Assembly (NCBI GenBank): GCA_964230645.1
Contig: CAXRHT010000003.1
Span: 459,108 to 523,107, forward strand
Reading direction: 5' to 3'
Source: Bdellovibrionales bacterium
Lineage (GTDB): Bacteria; Bdellovibrionota; Bdellovibrionia; Bdellovibrionales; JAGQZY01
DNA length: 64,000 bases
The notes beneath the pieces were generated by a model. It had not been told where the DNA came from. It worked only from the letters and a program-made list of their open reading frames with translations, and made no database searches. Position 1 is the stretch's first letter. Each line of letters opens with the position of its first letter. Shown in pieces: positions 38,301 through 53,300 of the stretch. The position numbers were made by a program, and so were the translations under genes.

Positions 38301-41300
38301 ATCCTTATAGTTACGGAACACTAGCGACAGGTGCTTCTCGGGCCCATAGTTTTACAATATCAAATACGGGCGGAAGCCAGGCGACAGCGATTGCTGAGAG
38401 CACTGTAGCAGCGCCTTTCCGTTACACCGGAGCTGGAAATACTTTTCCAGGAGCTGCGGGTGATTGTGGCACGACTCTAGCCGCTGGTGCGACTTGTACG
38501 ATTGAAGTGGAGTATGCTCCCACAGTTGTGAATGCCAGTGACGCTGGAACGATTACTTTTGGTTACAACAATGGTGTTTCTGTACAAGGTGTGGCGAGGA
38601 CTCTCAGTGGTGTTGCAGTAACACCAGCGAGCATCACCATGGATCAAGGCGATCCCTACAATTATGGAACAGTGGCTCAGGGAGCCAGTCGCAATGTTGT
38701 TATCACCCTTACAAATGGTGGTGGATTTAATGCGACAAGCTTAACGGAAATCACTCTCGGAGGAGATTTTGATTTTACCGGTGCTGGCTTTCCGGGTACA
38801 GGTGGCAACTGTACAGCGACTTTAACAAGTGGTGCGACTTGCACAATTGAAGTGGCTTTTTCTCCTTCAAGCACAGGGGCATTGGCTGGAACCTTGAGCC
38901 TGCAATACAACAATGGGGTTTCCGTTGTTACGGAAACAAAAGCTTTGAGTGGAACCGGTGCTGCCCCCGCACTTATTACAATCAGTGGGACGGATCCCGT
39001 GGATTTTGGAACTGTCACCCAGGGCTCGAACACAACAATACTTTTAACAGTGAATAATACGGGAGCGGTGAATGCCACAGGAATCAGTGGTGGTGGACTT
39101 GCGGCTCCTTTTGGCTTTACCGGTGGAACCTATCCGGGCCTCGGTGGAACTTGTGGAGATCCCATTCTTCCCTCCACTCCTTGTAATATTGAAATTCAAT
39201 TCTCTCCCACAACGGCTGTGGTAAGTAATGGCCAAGTAGATATAAATTACAATAATGGTGTGGGACCACAAACCACCACAAGAACTCTTGTTGGTGAGGG
39301 TGTGGCGCCAGCCCTTCTCACCATCTCTGGTGTTGATCCTTATGATTTCGGAACGATCGCTAACGGGGGAGGGATAGCCTCCGTTGCTTTCACAATTAAT
39401 AATATCGGTTCTAGTAGTGCCACGGCAATCAATGAAACCACCCTTGGTGGTGACTTTGATTTCTATTTAGCGGGTTACCCTGGAAGCGGTGGAACTTGTG
39501 GAGCCAGTTTACCGGCGGGTGGAAGTTGTAATGTCGTTCTCGAATTTACACCGACAAGCCTTGGACCCCTCTCTTCTACTTTTACTCTACAATATAATGA
39601 TGGAGCGGCAGTACAAACGGAAAGTAAAGATCTGCAAGGTGTGGGTGGCGCGCCCGCTCTTCTCGATATAGCAAGCAGTGATCCTCATGATTTTGGAACT
39701 GCGGCTATTGGCTCGACCAATACGGTTATATTAACAATATCTAATGGTGGTGCTGTTTCTGCTACTGGCATGGCTGCTGTGGCGAGCTTAAGTCCTCCCT
39801 TTAATTACACAGGTGTTGGGTATCCTGGAACAAATGGAACTTGCGGGACCTCACTTGCGACAAGTGCCACATGTGATATTGAAGTTCAGTGGGTGCCAGC
39901 AGCACTTGGACCGCAAACCCAAAATATAAGCATTAACTACAATGATGGAACTGGAGCTACCAATTTCACCCACGGCGTTCAAGGAACAGGAGCGAATCCT
40001 GCGCAACTTGCTATTCAAGGCGTTGATCCGGCTGATTTCGGTAATGTAACTCAAGGTGATACTCAAACCCTGATTCTTACGGTGGAAAATACTGGAGATG
40101 TGAATGCCACTGGAATTACTGAGACTGGCTTAGCGGGAGACTACGCTTTTACAGCTCCGGGTACTTTCCCTGGGGGTGCTGGAACTTGCACAACAACGAT
40201 CACCAATGGAAGTACGTGTACGATCGAAGTGCAAGTGACTCCTTCGAGCACTGGAATAATTCCAGGAACAATCACCTTTGATTATAATAACGGTGCAAAC
40301 AACACATCCTACTCCCACGGGTTGACGACCAATGGGTTGGCTCCGGCCGTTCTTGCTATCACACCAGGGCCTGGAAACTATGATTTTGGTACAAGACCTG
40401 TAGGTTCTACGAACTCAAACACTTTCACGTTAACAAATAGTGGAGGAAGTGCGGCCACACTTATTGTGGGTGGCGGATTAAGCGCACCTTTTACCTACAG
40501 TGGCGGAAGTTTCCCTGGTGGAGGAACTTGTACAGGAACTCTTGCTTCTGGAAGTTCATGTACCTTTGTGGCTGACTATCTTCCGGTGGCTGCCAATGGT
40601 GCAGAGTCCGATACAATTACTATTGATTACAATGATGGCGCGGCCGCTCAACAGATTACTTTAGGCCTTGATGCTGTTTCGCAAACTCGTGCTACCCTCA
40701 CAATCAGTGAAAGTGACCCTTATAATTATGGAACTCTAGCCACTGGGGCTACAAGAGCTCACAGTTTTACGATTTCTAACACAGGTGAATTTCAAGCAGG
40801 AGCTATCACAGAAACCACAGTGGCGGCTCCTTTTAGATACACTGGAGCTGGCAACACCTATCCTGGAGCGGCGGGAGATTGTGGAGCAACCCTTGCTGGT
40901 GGCGCAACTTGTACGATTGAAGTGGAATACGCTCCTACATTAGTGAGTGCCGGAGATTCTGGGACTATTACTTTTGGGTACAATGACGGTGTTGCCGTTC
41001 AAAGTGTTGCGCGCACACTTAGTGGTGTTGCGGTCACACCCGCTAGTATTACCATGGATCAGGGCGACCCTTATAATTTCGGAACAGTGGCACAAGGTGC
41101 TTCTCGTAATGTATTGATCACTCTGACTAACGGAGGCGGATTTGGTGCAACCAGCATTACAGAGACCACTTTGGGTGGTGATTTTGATTTTACCGGCGCT
41201 GGTTTTCCTGGAACCGGTGGTAACTGTACGACTTCTTTATTAAGTGGTGCAAGTTGTACGATCGAAGTGCAATTTGCGCCAGCAAGTACGGGTGCTTTAG

Positions 41301-44300
41301 CTGGAACTTTATCAATACAATATAATAACGGTGTTACCACGGTGACAGAAACTAAAGCCCTGAGTGGATCAGGTGCTGCTCCTGCATTGATCACAATCAG
41401 TGGAACAGATCCTGTGGATCTTGGTAATGTAACCCAAGGTTCAAATTCTACGGTTATATTAACAGTCAACAACACCGGAGCGGTCAACGCTACGGGAATT
41501 AGTGGTGGAGGCCTTTCTGCTCCCTTTGGATTTACGGGTGGGTCTTATCCTGGAACTGGTGGAACTTGTGGAGATCCGATTCTCCCTTCCACCCCTTGTA
41601 CCATCGAATTACAATTCTCTCCTACGACGGCTGTTGTTAGTAACGGACAAGTCGATATTAACTATAACAACGGCGTTGGACCACAAACGACGACTAGAAC
41701 TCTCGTAGGTACCGGTGTGGCTCCAGCCCTTCTTACACTCTCTGGTGTTGATCCTTACGATTTTGGAACTCTTGCTAATGGCGGTGGAATTGCCGCGGTG
41801 ACAGTAACGGTTGATAACATTGGATCAAGCAGTGCAACTGCCATGAGTGAGACAACTCTTGGTGGAGATTTCGATTTTTATCTTTCCGGTTATCCAGGAA
41901 ATGGTGGAACTTGTGGAGCGAGCCTTCCTGCAGGATCGAACTGTACAGTGGTGTTGGAATTTACCCCTACAAGTCTTGGACCTCTCTCTTCTACGTTCAC
42001 TCTGCAATATAATGATGGTGCCGCGGTTCAGACAGAGAGCAAAGCTTTACAAGGTGTGGGTGGCGCGCCAGCGCTACTTGATATAGCCACCAGTGATCCT
42101 CATGACTTTGGAACCAGAGCGATTGGATCTACCAATACTGTTATTTTAACAGTAACCAATGGCGGAGCCGTGGCTGCTACCACAATCGCTGATGCAGCCA
42201 CACTCAGTCCTCCATTTAATTACACAGGGACGGGATATCCTGGAACCAATGGAACTTGTGGAGTGAGTTTAAATAGTGGAGCCAGTTGTGATCTTGAAGT
42301 GCAATGGGTTCCGGCTTCAACAGGTGTGCAGAATCAGAATATCACTCTCAATTATAATGACGGAACGGGAGCGACCAGTTTTGTTCACGGTCTGCAAGGA
42401 ACGGGAGCGAATCCAGCTCAGCTAGCCATTCAAGGAGTTGATCCAGCCGATTTTGGAAACGTCACTCAAGGGGATACTCAAATTCTTATTTTAACAGTTG
42501 AGAACACAGGCTCTGTTAATGCCACAGGCATCGCGGAAACAGGATTGGCCGGAGACTATGCTTTCACAGCTCCTGGTACTTTCCCAGGTGGTGCTGGAAC
42601 TTGTACAACAACCATAACCAATGGAAGTACTTGTACTATTGAAGTTCAAGTGACGCCTTCTAGTACTGGTATTATTCCAGGAACGATCACCTTTGATTAT
42701 AATAACGGCGCTAATAACACTTCTTACTCTCACGGTTTAACAACTAACGGTCTGGCACCTGCTGTTCTTGCCATTACGCCAGGGCCTGGCAATTATAATT
42801 TTGGAACAAGACCTGTTGGCTCAACAAACTCAAATACTTTTACCTTAACAAATAGTGGTGGAAGTGCCGCTTCATTAATTATAGGTGGAGGCTTAAGTGC
42901 TCCTTTTACCTATAGTGGTGGAAGTTTTCCCGGCGGAGGAACTTGTACAGGAACATTAGCTTCGGGAAGCTCATGTACCTTTATAGTTGATTATTTACCG
43001 ACTGTAGCTAATGGAGCAGAAACAGACACGATCACAGTGGATTACAATGACGGCGCGGCCGCTCAGCAAATTACTTTAGGACTTGATGCTGTTTCACAAA
43101 CTCGCGCCACACTCACAATCAGTGAAAGTGATCCTTACAATTACGGAACCTTGGCCACCGGAGCCACGAGAGCTCACAGTTTTACAATTTCAAATACTGG
43201 TGAATTTCAAGCCAGTGCCATTGGTGAAAGCACTGTCGCCGCTCCTTTTAGATACACAGGAGCCGGCAATATTTATCCTGGAGCGGCTGGAGATTGTGGC
43301 GCCACGCTTGCTGGTGGTGCGACATGTACCATTGAAGTGGAATACGCTCCAACACTAGTCAGTGCGGGAGATGCTGGAACAATTACTTTTGGATACAATG
43401 ATGGTGTCGCGGTTCAAAGTGTTGCGCGCACTCTCAGTGGAGTGGCTGTCACCCCTGCTAGTATTACAATGGATCAGGGAGACCCCTACAATTTCGGAAC
43501 GGTGGCACAAGGCGCTTCTCGCCCCGTTATAATTACGCTGACAAATGGTGGTGGCTTTGGTGCCACAAGCATTACCGAGACCACCCTTGGGGGTGACTTT
43601 GATTTTACAGGCGCTGGTTTCCCTGGAACGGGTGGAAATTGTACGGCTTCTTTACTAAGTGGTGCTAGTTGTACTATCGAAGTGGAATTTGCTCCAACGG
43701 TTACAGGAGCCTTGGCAGGCACTTTAACTGTTCAATATAACAATGGTGTTTCAACGGTAACAGAAACGAAAGCTTTAAGTGGTAATGGTGCCGCGCCGGC
43801 TCTTATCACGATTAGTGGTACAGACCCTGTCGATTTTGGAAGTGTCACTCAGGGCGCCAGCAACACCTTACTTCTAACAGTAAACAATACGGGCGCTGTC
43901 AATGCCACAGGAATTAGTGGCGGAGGACTGGCTGCTCCTTTTGGATTTACTGGAGGCTCTTATCCTGGAAGTGGTGGAACCTGTGGAGATCCCATTCTCC
44001 CATCCACTCCATGTACTATCGAATTACAATTTTCTCCCACAACGGCTGTTGTCAGTAACGGCCAAGTGGACATTAACTATAATAACGGTGTAGGACCGCA
44101 AACAACCACAAGAACTCTTGTGGGTACTGGTGTTGCGCCTGCTTTACTCACTTTCTCAGGTACTGATCCCTATGATTTTGGCACTATTGCCAACGGCGGT
44201 GGAATTGCTTCGGTGACAGTGACCGTTGATAATATTGGGGCCAGCAGTGCTACGGCTATGAATGAAACCACTCTTAGTGGTGATTTTGATTTTTATCTTT

Positions 44301-47300
44301 CTGGTTACCCAGGTAACGGTGGAACTTGTGGAGCAAGTCTTCCTGCGGGATCTAACTGTACGGTGGTTCTTGAATTTACACCCACAAGTTTAGGACCATT
44401 ATCCTCCACATTCACGATCCAATATAATGATGGTGCCGCCGTCCAAACCGAAGCCAAAGATTTACAAGGTGTGGGTGGAGCGCCAGCGCTACTTGATATC
44501 GCTACCAGTGATCCTCATAATTTTGGAACGCGTGCGATTGGCTCAAACAATACTGTGATTTTAACGGTGACTAACGGTGGTGCTGTGGCGGCAACCACAA
44601 TAGCCGATGGGCTTAGTCTCACTCCTCCTTTTGACTTTACGGGTGGAAGTTACCCTGGTTCGAATGGAACCTGTGGTGCTAGTCTCGCGACAGGCGCTAA
44701 TTGCGATATCGAGGTGCAATGGATTCCAGCGGCTACGGGCTTGCAGAGTCAAAACATTACATTAAATTACAATGACGGAACAGGAGCTGCGACATTCACT
44801 CATGGCTTACAGGGAACAGGAGCCAATCCGGCTCTTCTTTCCATTCAAGGAGCCGACCCAGCTGATTTTGGCAATGTCACACTAGCTGACACTCAAACAC
44901 TTCTGCTAACTGTTGAAAACACAGGTGGAGTGGCAGCCACTGCTGTTGTTGAGAGTGGACTGGCTGGGGATTATGCTTTTACTGCTCCAGGAACCTTTCC
45001 TGGTGGTGGAGGATCTTGTCCCACGACTATTAGTAGTGGCTCCACATGTACTATTGAAGTTCAGGTCACACCTTCTAGTACAGGCGTTATCTCTGGCAAC
45101 GTGACTCTTGATTACAACAATGGTGCAACCAATACGTCTTATACTCACGGGTTGACCACCAATGGGTTATCGCCAGCGACTCTTGCGATAACCCCCGGGC
45201 CTGCTAACTACGATTTTGGAACGCGTCCAATTAACTCTGTTAACACCAACACCTTTACACTCACCAATGGTGGTGGAAGTCCTGCCACAGGAATTGTGGG
45301 CGGGGGCCTTGCATCTCCTTTCGTATATAGTGGCGGAAGTTTTCCTGGTGGGGGCACCTGTACCGGAACTCTTGCTGCGGGAAGTTCTTGTACTTTTGTG
45401 GTGGATTACCTTCCAACAGTGGCCAATGGCGCAGAGACCGACACAATAACAATCGATTATAATGATGGAACTGTAGCCCAGCAAACAACTCTTGGTCTTG
45501 ATGCTGTTTCTCAAACGAGATCTTTACTTACAATTAGTGAAAGTAATCCCTATAACTACGGAACTCTTGCTACAGGTGCCACAAGAGCTAATACCTTTAC
45601 AATTACAAATACCGGAGAGTATCAGGCCACAGCAATATCTGAAACAACAATTGCCAATCCTTTCCGTTACACAGGAGCTGGAAATACTTTTCCTGGAGCA
45701 GCCGGTGATTGTGGTACGACACTCAATGGAGGTGCCAGCTGTACGATTGAGGTAGAATATGCTCCGACAGTCGTGAGTGGTGCTGATTCTGGAACTATTA
45801 CTTTTGGTTACAATGATGGTGTCGCGGTACAGAGTGTGGCGCGCACTCTTAGTGGTGTGGCTGTCACTCCTGCTAGTATTACAATGAATCAAGGTGACCC
45901 CTATAACTTCGGGACGGTGGCACAGGGTGCCTCTCGTAATGTTCTGATCACTCTTACAAATGGTGGTGGTCACGGAGCCTCTGCCATTACCGAAACGACT
46001 CTTGGTGGAGATTTCGATTTCAGTGGAGCTGGTTTTCCAGGAACCGGTGGAAATTGTACAGCCACTTTATTGAGTGGTGCGAGCTGTAATATCGAAGTGG
46101 CTTTTGCCCCGGGTAGCACTGGAGCTTTAGCCGGTACTCTTAGCATTCAATACAATAACGGTGTTTCCGTCGTCACAGAAACAAAAGCTCTGAACGGAAC
46201 TGGGGCCTCTCCAGCACTTATTACCATTAGTGGCACAGACCCGGTGGATTTTGGAAATGTCACTCAAGGCTCCAGTACGACGACTCTTTTAACTGTTAAC
46301 AACACAGGCTCAGTCAATGCCACTGGAATTAGTGGGGGGGGACTTGGTGCTCCTTTTAGTTTCACCGGAGGATCCTACCCTGGACTAGGTGGAGATTGTG
46401 GTGATCCTATTTTGCCAGCCACTCCATGTACAATTGAAGTGCGTTTTGCACCGACGGCAGCTGTGGTGAGTAACTCCCAAGTGGATATCAATTACCACAA
46501 TGGTGTGAGTCCTCAAACGACAACAAGAACTCTTGTCGGTACAGGAATCGCTCCGGCTCTTCTAACTTTTTCAGGAGTAGACCCTTATGATTTCGGAACC
46601 ATTGCCAATGGTGGTGGGATTGCGTCGGTCACAGTCACTGTCGACAATATTGGTTCAAGTAGTGCGACAGGCATTAATGAAACAACACTCGGTGGTGACT
46701 TTGATTTTTATCTATCAGGGTTTCCTGGTAACGGTGGAACTTGTGGGGCGAGCCTTCCCGCCGGATCGAACTGTACGGTGGTGCTTGAATTTACACCAAC
46801 AAGTTTAGGTCCACTAGCTTCGACTTTTACTCTACAATATAATGATGGTGCGGCTGTTCAAACCGAAGCTAAAGATCTACAAGGTGTCGGTGGAGCACCA
46901 GCGCTCCTTGATATCGCCACCAGTGATCCGCATGATTTCGGTACCAGGGCTATAGGTTCTACCAATGTCGTGGTTTTAACCATTACCAATGGTGGTGCTG
47001 TGGCTGCGACAGCGATTGCTGATGCTGCCACTTTAACTTCTCCTTTCAGTTATACGGGTGCGGGTTATCCTGGAAGCAACGGAACTTGTGGAGCCTCTCT
47101 TGCTAGCGGTGCTTCTTGTGATATTGAAGTAAGCTGGGTGCCGGCAGCCACCGGATTACAGAATCAAACAGTCACCCTTAACTATAATGATGGCTCTGGT
47201 GCCACTTCATTTACTCACGGTTTACAAGGAACAGGGGCTAACCCCGCTCTACTCTCTATTCAAGGGGCTGATCCCGCCGATTTTGGAAATGTCACTCTGG

Positions 47301-50300
47301 CTGACACACAATCTCTTCTTCTTACTGTGGAAAACACTGGGGATGTTGCAGCGACCTCGGTTTCTGAAAGTGCATTGGCTGGAGACTATGCTTTCACGGC
47401 GCCTGGAACTTTCCCTGGAGGGGGAGGTTCATGTACAGCGACTATCGGTGGAGGAGCCACATGTACCATTGAAGTACAAGTGACCCCCAGCAGTACAGGG
47501 GTCATTTCCGGTAATGTGACTCTTGATTATAACAATGGCGCTACCAACACCTCTTACACTCATGGGTTGACCACCAACGGTTTATCACCGGCAACTCTTG
47601 CGATAACACCAGGTCCGGCTAACTACGATTTTGGAACGCGTCCAATTAACTCTGTTAACACCAACACCTTTACACTCACCAATGGTGGAGGAAGTCCTGC
47701 CACAGGAATTGTCGGTGGTGGTCTTGCATCTCCGTTTGTATACAGCGGCGGAAGTTTTCCAGGTGGCGGAACTTGTACAGGAACTCTTGCAGCCGGAAGC
47801 TCTTGTACTTTTGTAGTTGATTATCTTCCGACCGTCGCTAATGGCGCAGAAACTGATACGATTACGATTGATTACAACGATGGAACGGTCGCACAGCAGA
47901 CAACTTTAGGGCTTGATGCTGTTTCTCAAACAAGATCTTTACTTACAATTAGCGAGAGCAGTCCTTACAATTACGGAACTCTTGCGACGGGTGCCACGAG
48001 AGCTCACACATTTACCATCGCTAATACGGGAGAGTATCAGGCTACAGCAATTTCTGAAACAACGGTCACTAACCCTTTCCGTTACACAGGAGCCGGAAAC
48101 ACTTATCCCGGAGCGGCTGGAGATTGTGGGGCGACTCTCAACGGAGGCGCAAGCTGTACGATTGAAGTTGAATACGCTCCGACTGTAGTGAGTGGAGCTG
48201 ATTCGGGAACTATTACTTTTGGTTACAATGATGGTGTCGCGGTACAAAGTGTGGCGCGCACTCTCAGTGGTGTGGCGGTGACACCAGCGAGTATTACCAT
48301 GAATCAAGCCGATCCTTACAATTTTGGAACAGTTGCTCAAGGTGCTTCCCGCAATGTATTGATCACTTTGACAAATGGTGGTGGTCATAGTGCGACCAGT
48401 CTTACTGAAATCACACTTGGTGGAGATTTTGACTTTACCGGGGCTGGATTTCCTGGAACGGGTGGAAACTGTACCGCTTCTCTTTTAAGTGGAGCGAGCT
48501 GTAATATCGAAGTCACTTTTGCACCAGGAAGTACAGGGGCTTTAGCGGGCACTTTAACTTTACAATATAATAATGGAGTGACCACAGTCACAGAAACGAA
48601 AGATCTCAGTGGTGCGGGTGCCGCTCCGGCATTGATCACAATTAGTGGTACGGATCCAGTGGATTTCGGAAATGTGACTCAAGGATCAAATAACACACTT
48701 CTGTTGACTGTTAACAACACAGGGGCTGTCAATGCCACAGGAATTAGCGGTGGTGGATTGAGTGCCCCATTTGGTTTTACCGGAGGAGCTTATCCAGGAT
48801 CAGCGGGAACCTGTGGTGATCCCATTCTACCATCAACGCCTTGTACAATTGAAGTGCGCTTTTCTCCAACAACCGCAGTCGTAAGCAACGGGCAAGTTGA
48901 TATTAACTACAATAACGGCGTTGGACCACAGACGACCACAAGAACTCTAGTAGGAACAGGAATCGCTCCAGCCTTACTGACTTTCACAGGGGCTGACCCC
49001 TACGATTTTGGAACTGTGGCTAATGGCGGAGGCCTTGCCTCTGTGACTGTTACAGTCAATAACGTGGGTTCTAGTAGTGCAACCGCTATGAATGAAACCA
49101 CACTCGGAGGTGATTTTGATTTCTACTTAACAAGTTACCCCGGAAACGGTGGAACTTGTGGAGCGAGTCTCCCAGCTGGCGGAAGTTGTGATGTTGTGCT
49201 TGAGTTCACACCAACAAGCCTTGGGCCTCTAGCCTCAACTTTTACCATCCAGTATAATGACGGGGCCGCAGTACAGACAGAGGCCAAAGCTCTTCAAGGT
49301 GTGGGTGGTGCTCCCGCTTTACTGGATATTGCTACCAGTGATCCTCATAATTTTGGAACAAGAGCCATTGGCTCCAATAACACTGTTATACTTACGATTA
49401 CAAACGGCGGAGCCGTGGCGGCCACAGGTATTGCAGACGCAGCCACACTTAGCGCTCCTTTTGATTACACAGGAACAGGTTATCCTGGAACCAATGGAGA
49501 CTGTGGAGCGAGTTTAGCAAGCTCTGCGAGTTGTGATATTGAAGTGCAATGGATCCCATCATCCACTGGTTTGCAAACTCAAGACATTACTTTGAATTAC
49601 AATAATGGAACAGGAGCCACTGCTTTTGTTCATGGTCTACAGGGAACCGGTGCTAACCCCGCTCTCCTTTCCATTCAAGGAGCCGATCCGGCGGACTTCG
49701 GAAATGTCACGCAAGGAAACCCTCGCGTTCTTCTTTTAACAGTTGAAAACACAGGAGATGTTAACGCTACAGGCATTACCGAATCAGGACTTGCTGGGGA
49801 TTATGCCTTCACTGCTCCTGGAACCTTCCCTGGTGGTGGTGGAAATTGTACAACTACGATTAGTAGTGGTGGAACTTGTACTATCGAAGTGCGCGTGATT
49901 CCTAGTAGTACTGGAGCCGTCACCGGTAATGTAACGCTCAATTATAACAATGGTGCGACGAACACTTCCTATACCCATGGTCTAACAACAAATGCTATTA
50001 GCCCAGCGATCTTAGCGATCACTCCAGGACCGGCGAACTACGACTATGGAACAAGACCTATTAATTCAACCAATACAAATACCTTCACTCTTTCAAACAG
50101 TGGGGGAAGCCCTGCTACAAGTATTGTCGGTGGTGGTTTAGCCTCTCCTTTCATTTATAGTGGTGGGAGTTTTCCTGGTGGAGGAACCTGTACGGGAACT
50201 CTGGCGGCGGGTAGCTCTTGTACTTTCATAGTCGATTACTTACCGACAACAGCCAACGGAGCGGAAACCGATACTATCACCATCGACTTCAATGATGGTG

Positions 50301-53300
50301 TGGCCTTACAGCAAACCACTCTAGGGCTAGATGCTGTTTCACAAACAAGAGCGAACTTAACAATTTCAGAAAGCAATCCTTATGGATACGGCACTCTAGC
50401 GACAGGAGCCACAAGGGCTCATACGTTTACAATTTCCAACACTGGTGAGTTCCAAGCCACAGCTATAGCAGAAACCACAGTAGCCGCTCCTTTTAGATAC
50501 ACTGGAGCAGGAAACGTTTTTCCTGGGGCCGCTGGCGATTGTGGGACCTCTTTAAATGGAGGAGCCACTTGTATTATCGAAGTGGAGTACGCTCCAACTG
50601 TTGCTCCATCCGCTGATTCAGGTACTATTACATTTGGCTACAATGATGGCGTAGCCGTTCAAAGTGTTGCCAGAACAGTTGCTGGTACCGCTGTAACACC
50701 TGCGTCGATCACTATGAATCAAGGCGACCCCTACAACTTTGGAACTATTGCACAGGGATCTTCTACAAATGTTGTTATAACTCTAACAAATGGTGGGGGA
50801 GCTACGGCTACTTCTGTGAGTGAAACCACCCTGGGTGGCGATTTCCGATTCACTGGTGCCGGTAACACATTCCCTGGTGGCGCTGGAAACTGTACGGCCA
50901 CTTTAACAAGTGGAGCTAGTTGTACCATTGAAGTCGAGTTCGCACCGAGTAGCACAGGGGCCTTGGCCGGAACCTTAACGATTCAATATGGGAATGGAGT
51001 CACCACTGTTACGGAAACAAAAGCTCTCTCAGGAACGGGGGCCGCTCCAGCGCTTATTACCATAAGCGGTTCTGATCCTGTGGATTTGGGCAGTGTCACT
51101 CAAGGCGCAAGTACGACCACATTATTGACAGTTAATAATACGGGAGCTGTGAACGCGACCGGAATTAGTGGTGGTGGTTTAGCAGCCCCGTTTGGATTTG
51201 TAGGTGGATCTTATCCTGGAACAGGTGGAAGTTGTGGTGACCCCATTCTTCCGTCCACCCCTTGTACAATTGAAATTCAATTCTCTCCAACTGCGGCTAC
51301 TGTGAGTAACGGTCAGGTCGACATTAACTATAATAACGGAGTAACTCCGCAAACGACTACGAGAACTCTTGTCGGAACAGGTGTTGCCCCGGCGCAGTTA
51401 ACAATCACTGGGGCTGATCCCTATGATTTTGGAACTATTGCTAGTGGCGGTGGAGTGCAGTCTGTAACTTTCACAGTGCAAAACGTTGGTGCTAGTAGTG
51501 CAACTGCAATTACTGAGACCACATTAGCCGGTGATTTCGATTTTTACTTAACCACCTTCCCTGGAACGGGGGGAACTTGTGGAGCCAGTCTTGCTGCTGG
51601 TGCTAGTTGTGATGTGGTGTTAGAGTTTACTCCAACAGCCCTTGGGCCTTTAGCTGAAACCTTTACCCTTCAGTACAATGATGGCGCGGCCACTCAAAGT
51701 ATCAATAAAGATTTACAAGGTGTGGGTGGATCACCGGCTCTTCTTGATATCGCTACCAGTGATCCGCATGATTTTGGTACACGTGCTATTGGTTCAACCA
51801 ACACTGTTATCTTGACGGTTACAAACGGTGGTTCTGTTGCGGCCACAGGAATGGCTGATGGAGCCACCTTAAGTTCACCTTTTGCTTTCACCGGGGCAGG
51901 GTATCCAGGAACCAACGGAGATTGTGGAGCTAGCCTGGCCAGTGGAGCTTCCTGTGATGTGGAAGTGCAATGGGTGCCTGCGGGAACAGGTTTGCAAGCT
52001 CAAACAATGACCATTAATTATAATGACGGTACAGGCGCGACAAACTTCACTCATGGTCTTCAGGGGACGGGTGCAAACCCTGCCTTACTTTCTATACAAG
52101 GGGCGGATCCTGTTAACTTTGGTAGTGTCACTCAAGGGGACACTCAAAGCCTGATCTTAACTGTTGAGAATACCGGTGATGTGTCGGCCACCACAATCAC
52201 AGAAAGTGGTCTTTCAGGTGATTACTCTTTCACGGCTCCAGGAACTTTCCCTGGAGGAGCTGGAAACTGTACGGCCACTCTAACGAGTGGAAGCACTTGT
52301 ACCATTGAAGTTCAGGTGAGTCCGACGAGTACAGGTGCGATTTCTGGCACAATCACATTAAATTATTACAACGGGGCGAACAATTCCTCTTACAACCATG
52401 GCACGTTAACCAATGGTATTGCGCCAGCCGTGCTTGCAATCACTCCGGGACCAGGTAATTACAATTACGGTACACGTCCGATCAATTCGACAAACACCAA
52501 CACCTTCACACTGACAAATAGTGGAGGGAGTCCTGCTACCGGAATAGTGGGTGGTGGACTTGTCGCTCCTTTTGTTCACAGCGGGGGAAGTTTCCCTGGT
52601 GGTGGAACTTGTACAGGAACTTTGGCTTCAGGAAGTTCTTGTACCTTCGTTGTCGATTATTTACCGACAGTGGCCAACGGAGCTGAGACCGATACAATCA
52701 CAATTGATTACAATGACGGAGCTGTTGTCCAGCAAGCCACTCTGGGACTTGATGGTGTTTCTCAAACAAGAGCGAACTTAACAATTAGTGAAACCGATCC
52801 GTACAACTTTGGCGTGCTCGCTAACGGTGCCACTCGCTCTCATATATTTACAATAGCAAATACTGGTGAATTTCAGGCCACTGCTATTAGTGAAAGTACA
52901 CTTGTGGCTCCTTTCCGTTTTACCGGGGCTGGTAATACCTTTCCGGGTGCCGGCGGAGACTGTGGAGCTCTGTTAGCTGGTGGAGCTAGTTGTAGCATTG
53001 AAGTGGAATATGCTCCTTCCGCAGCTCCTGCAGCTGATAGTGGAACAATCACACTTGGCTACAATGATGGTGTTGCTGTTCAAAGTGTTGCAAGGACTCT
53101 TTCTGGAACGGCAGTGACTCCCGCTAATATTACAATGGATCAAGCCGATCCTTATAATTTTGGAACACTCGCCCAAGGCGCTAGTCGAAACGTTTTAATT
53201 ACTTTAAGTAATGGCGGTGGCCATGGTGCGACTGCACTGAGTGAAACCACACTTTCTGGTGATTTTGATTTTACGGGAGCGGGCTTCCCCGGGGCCAATG

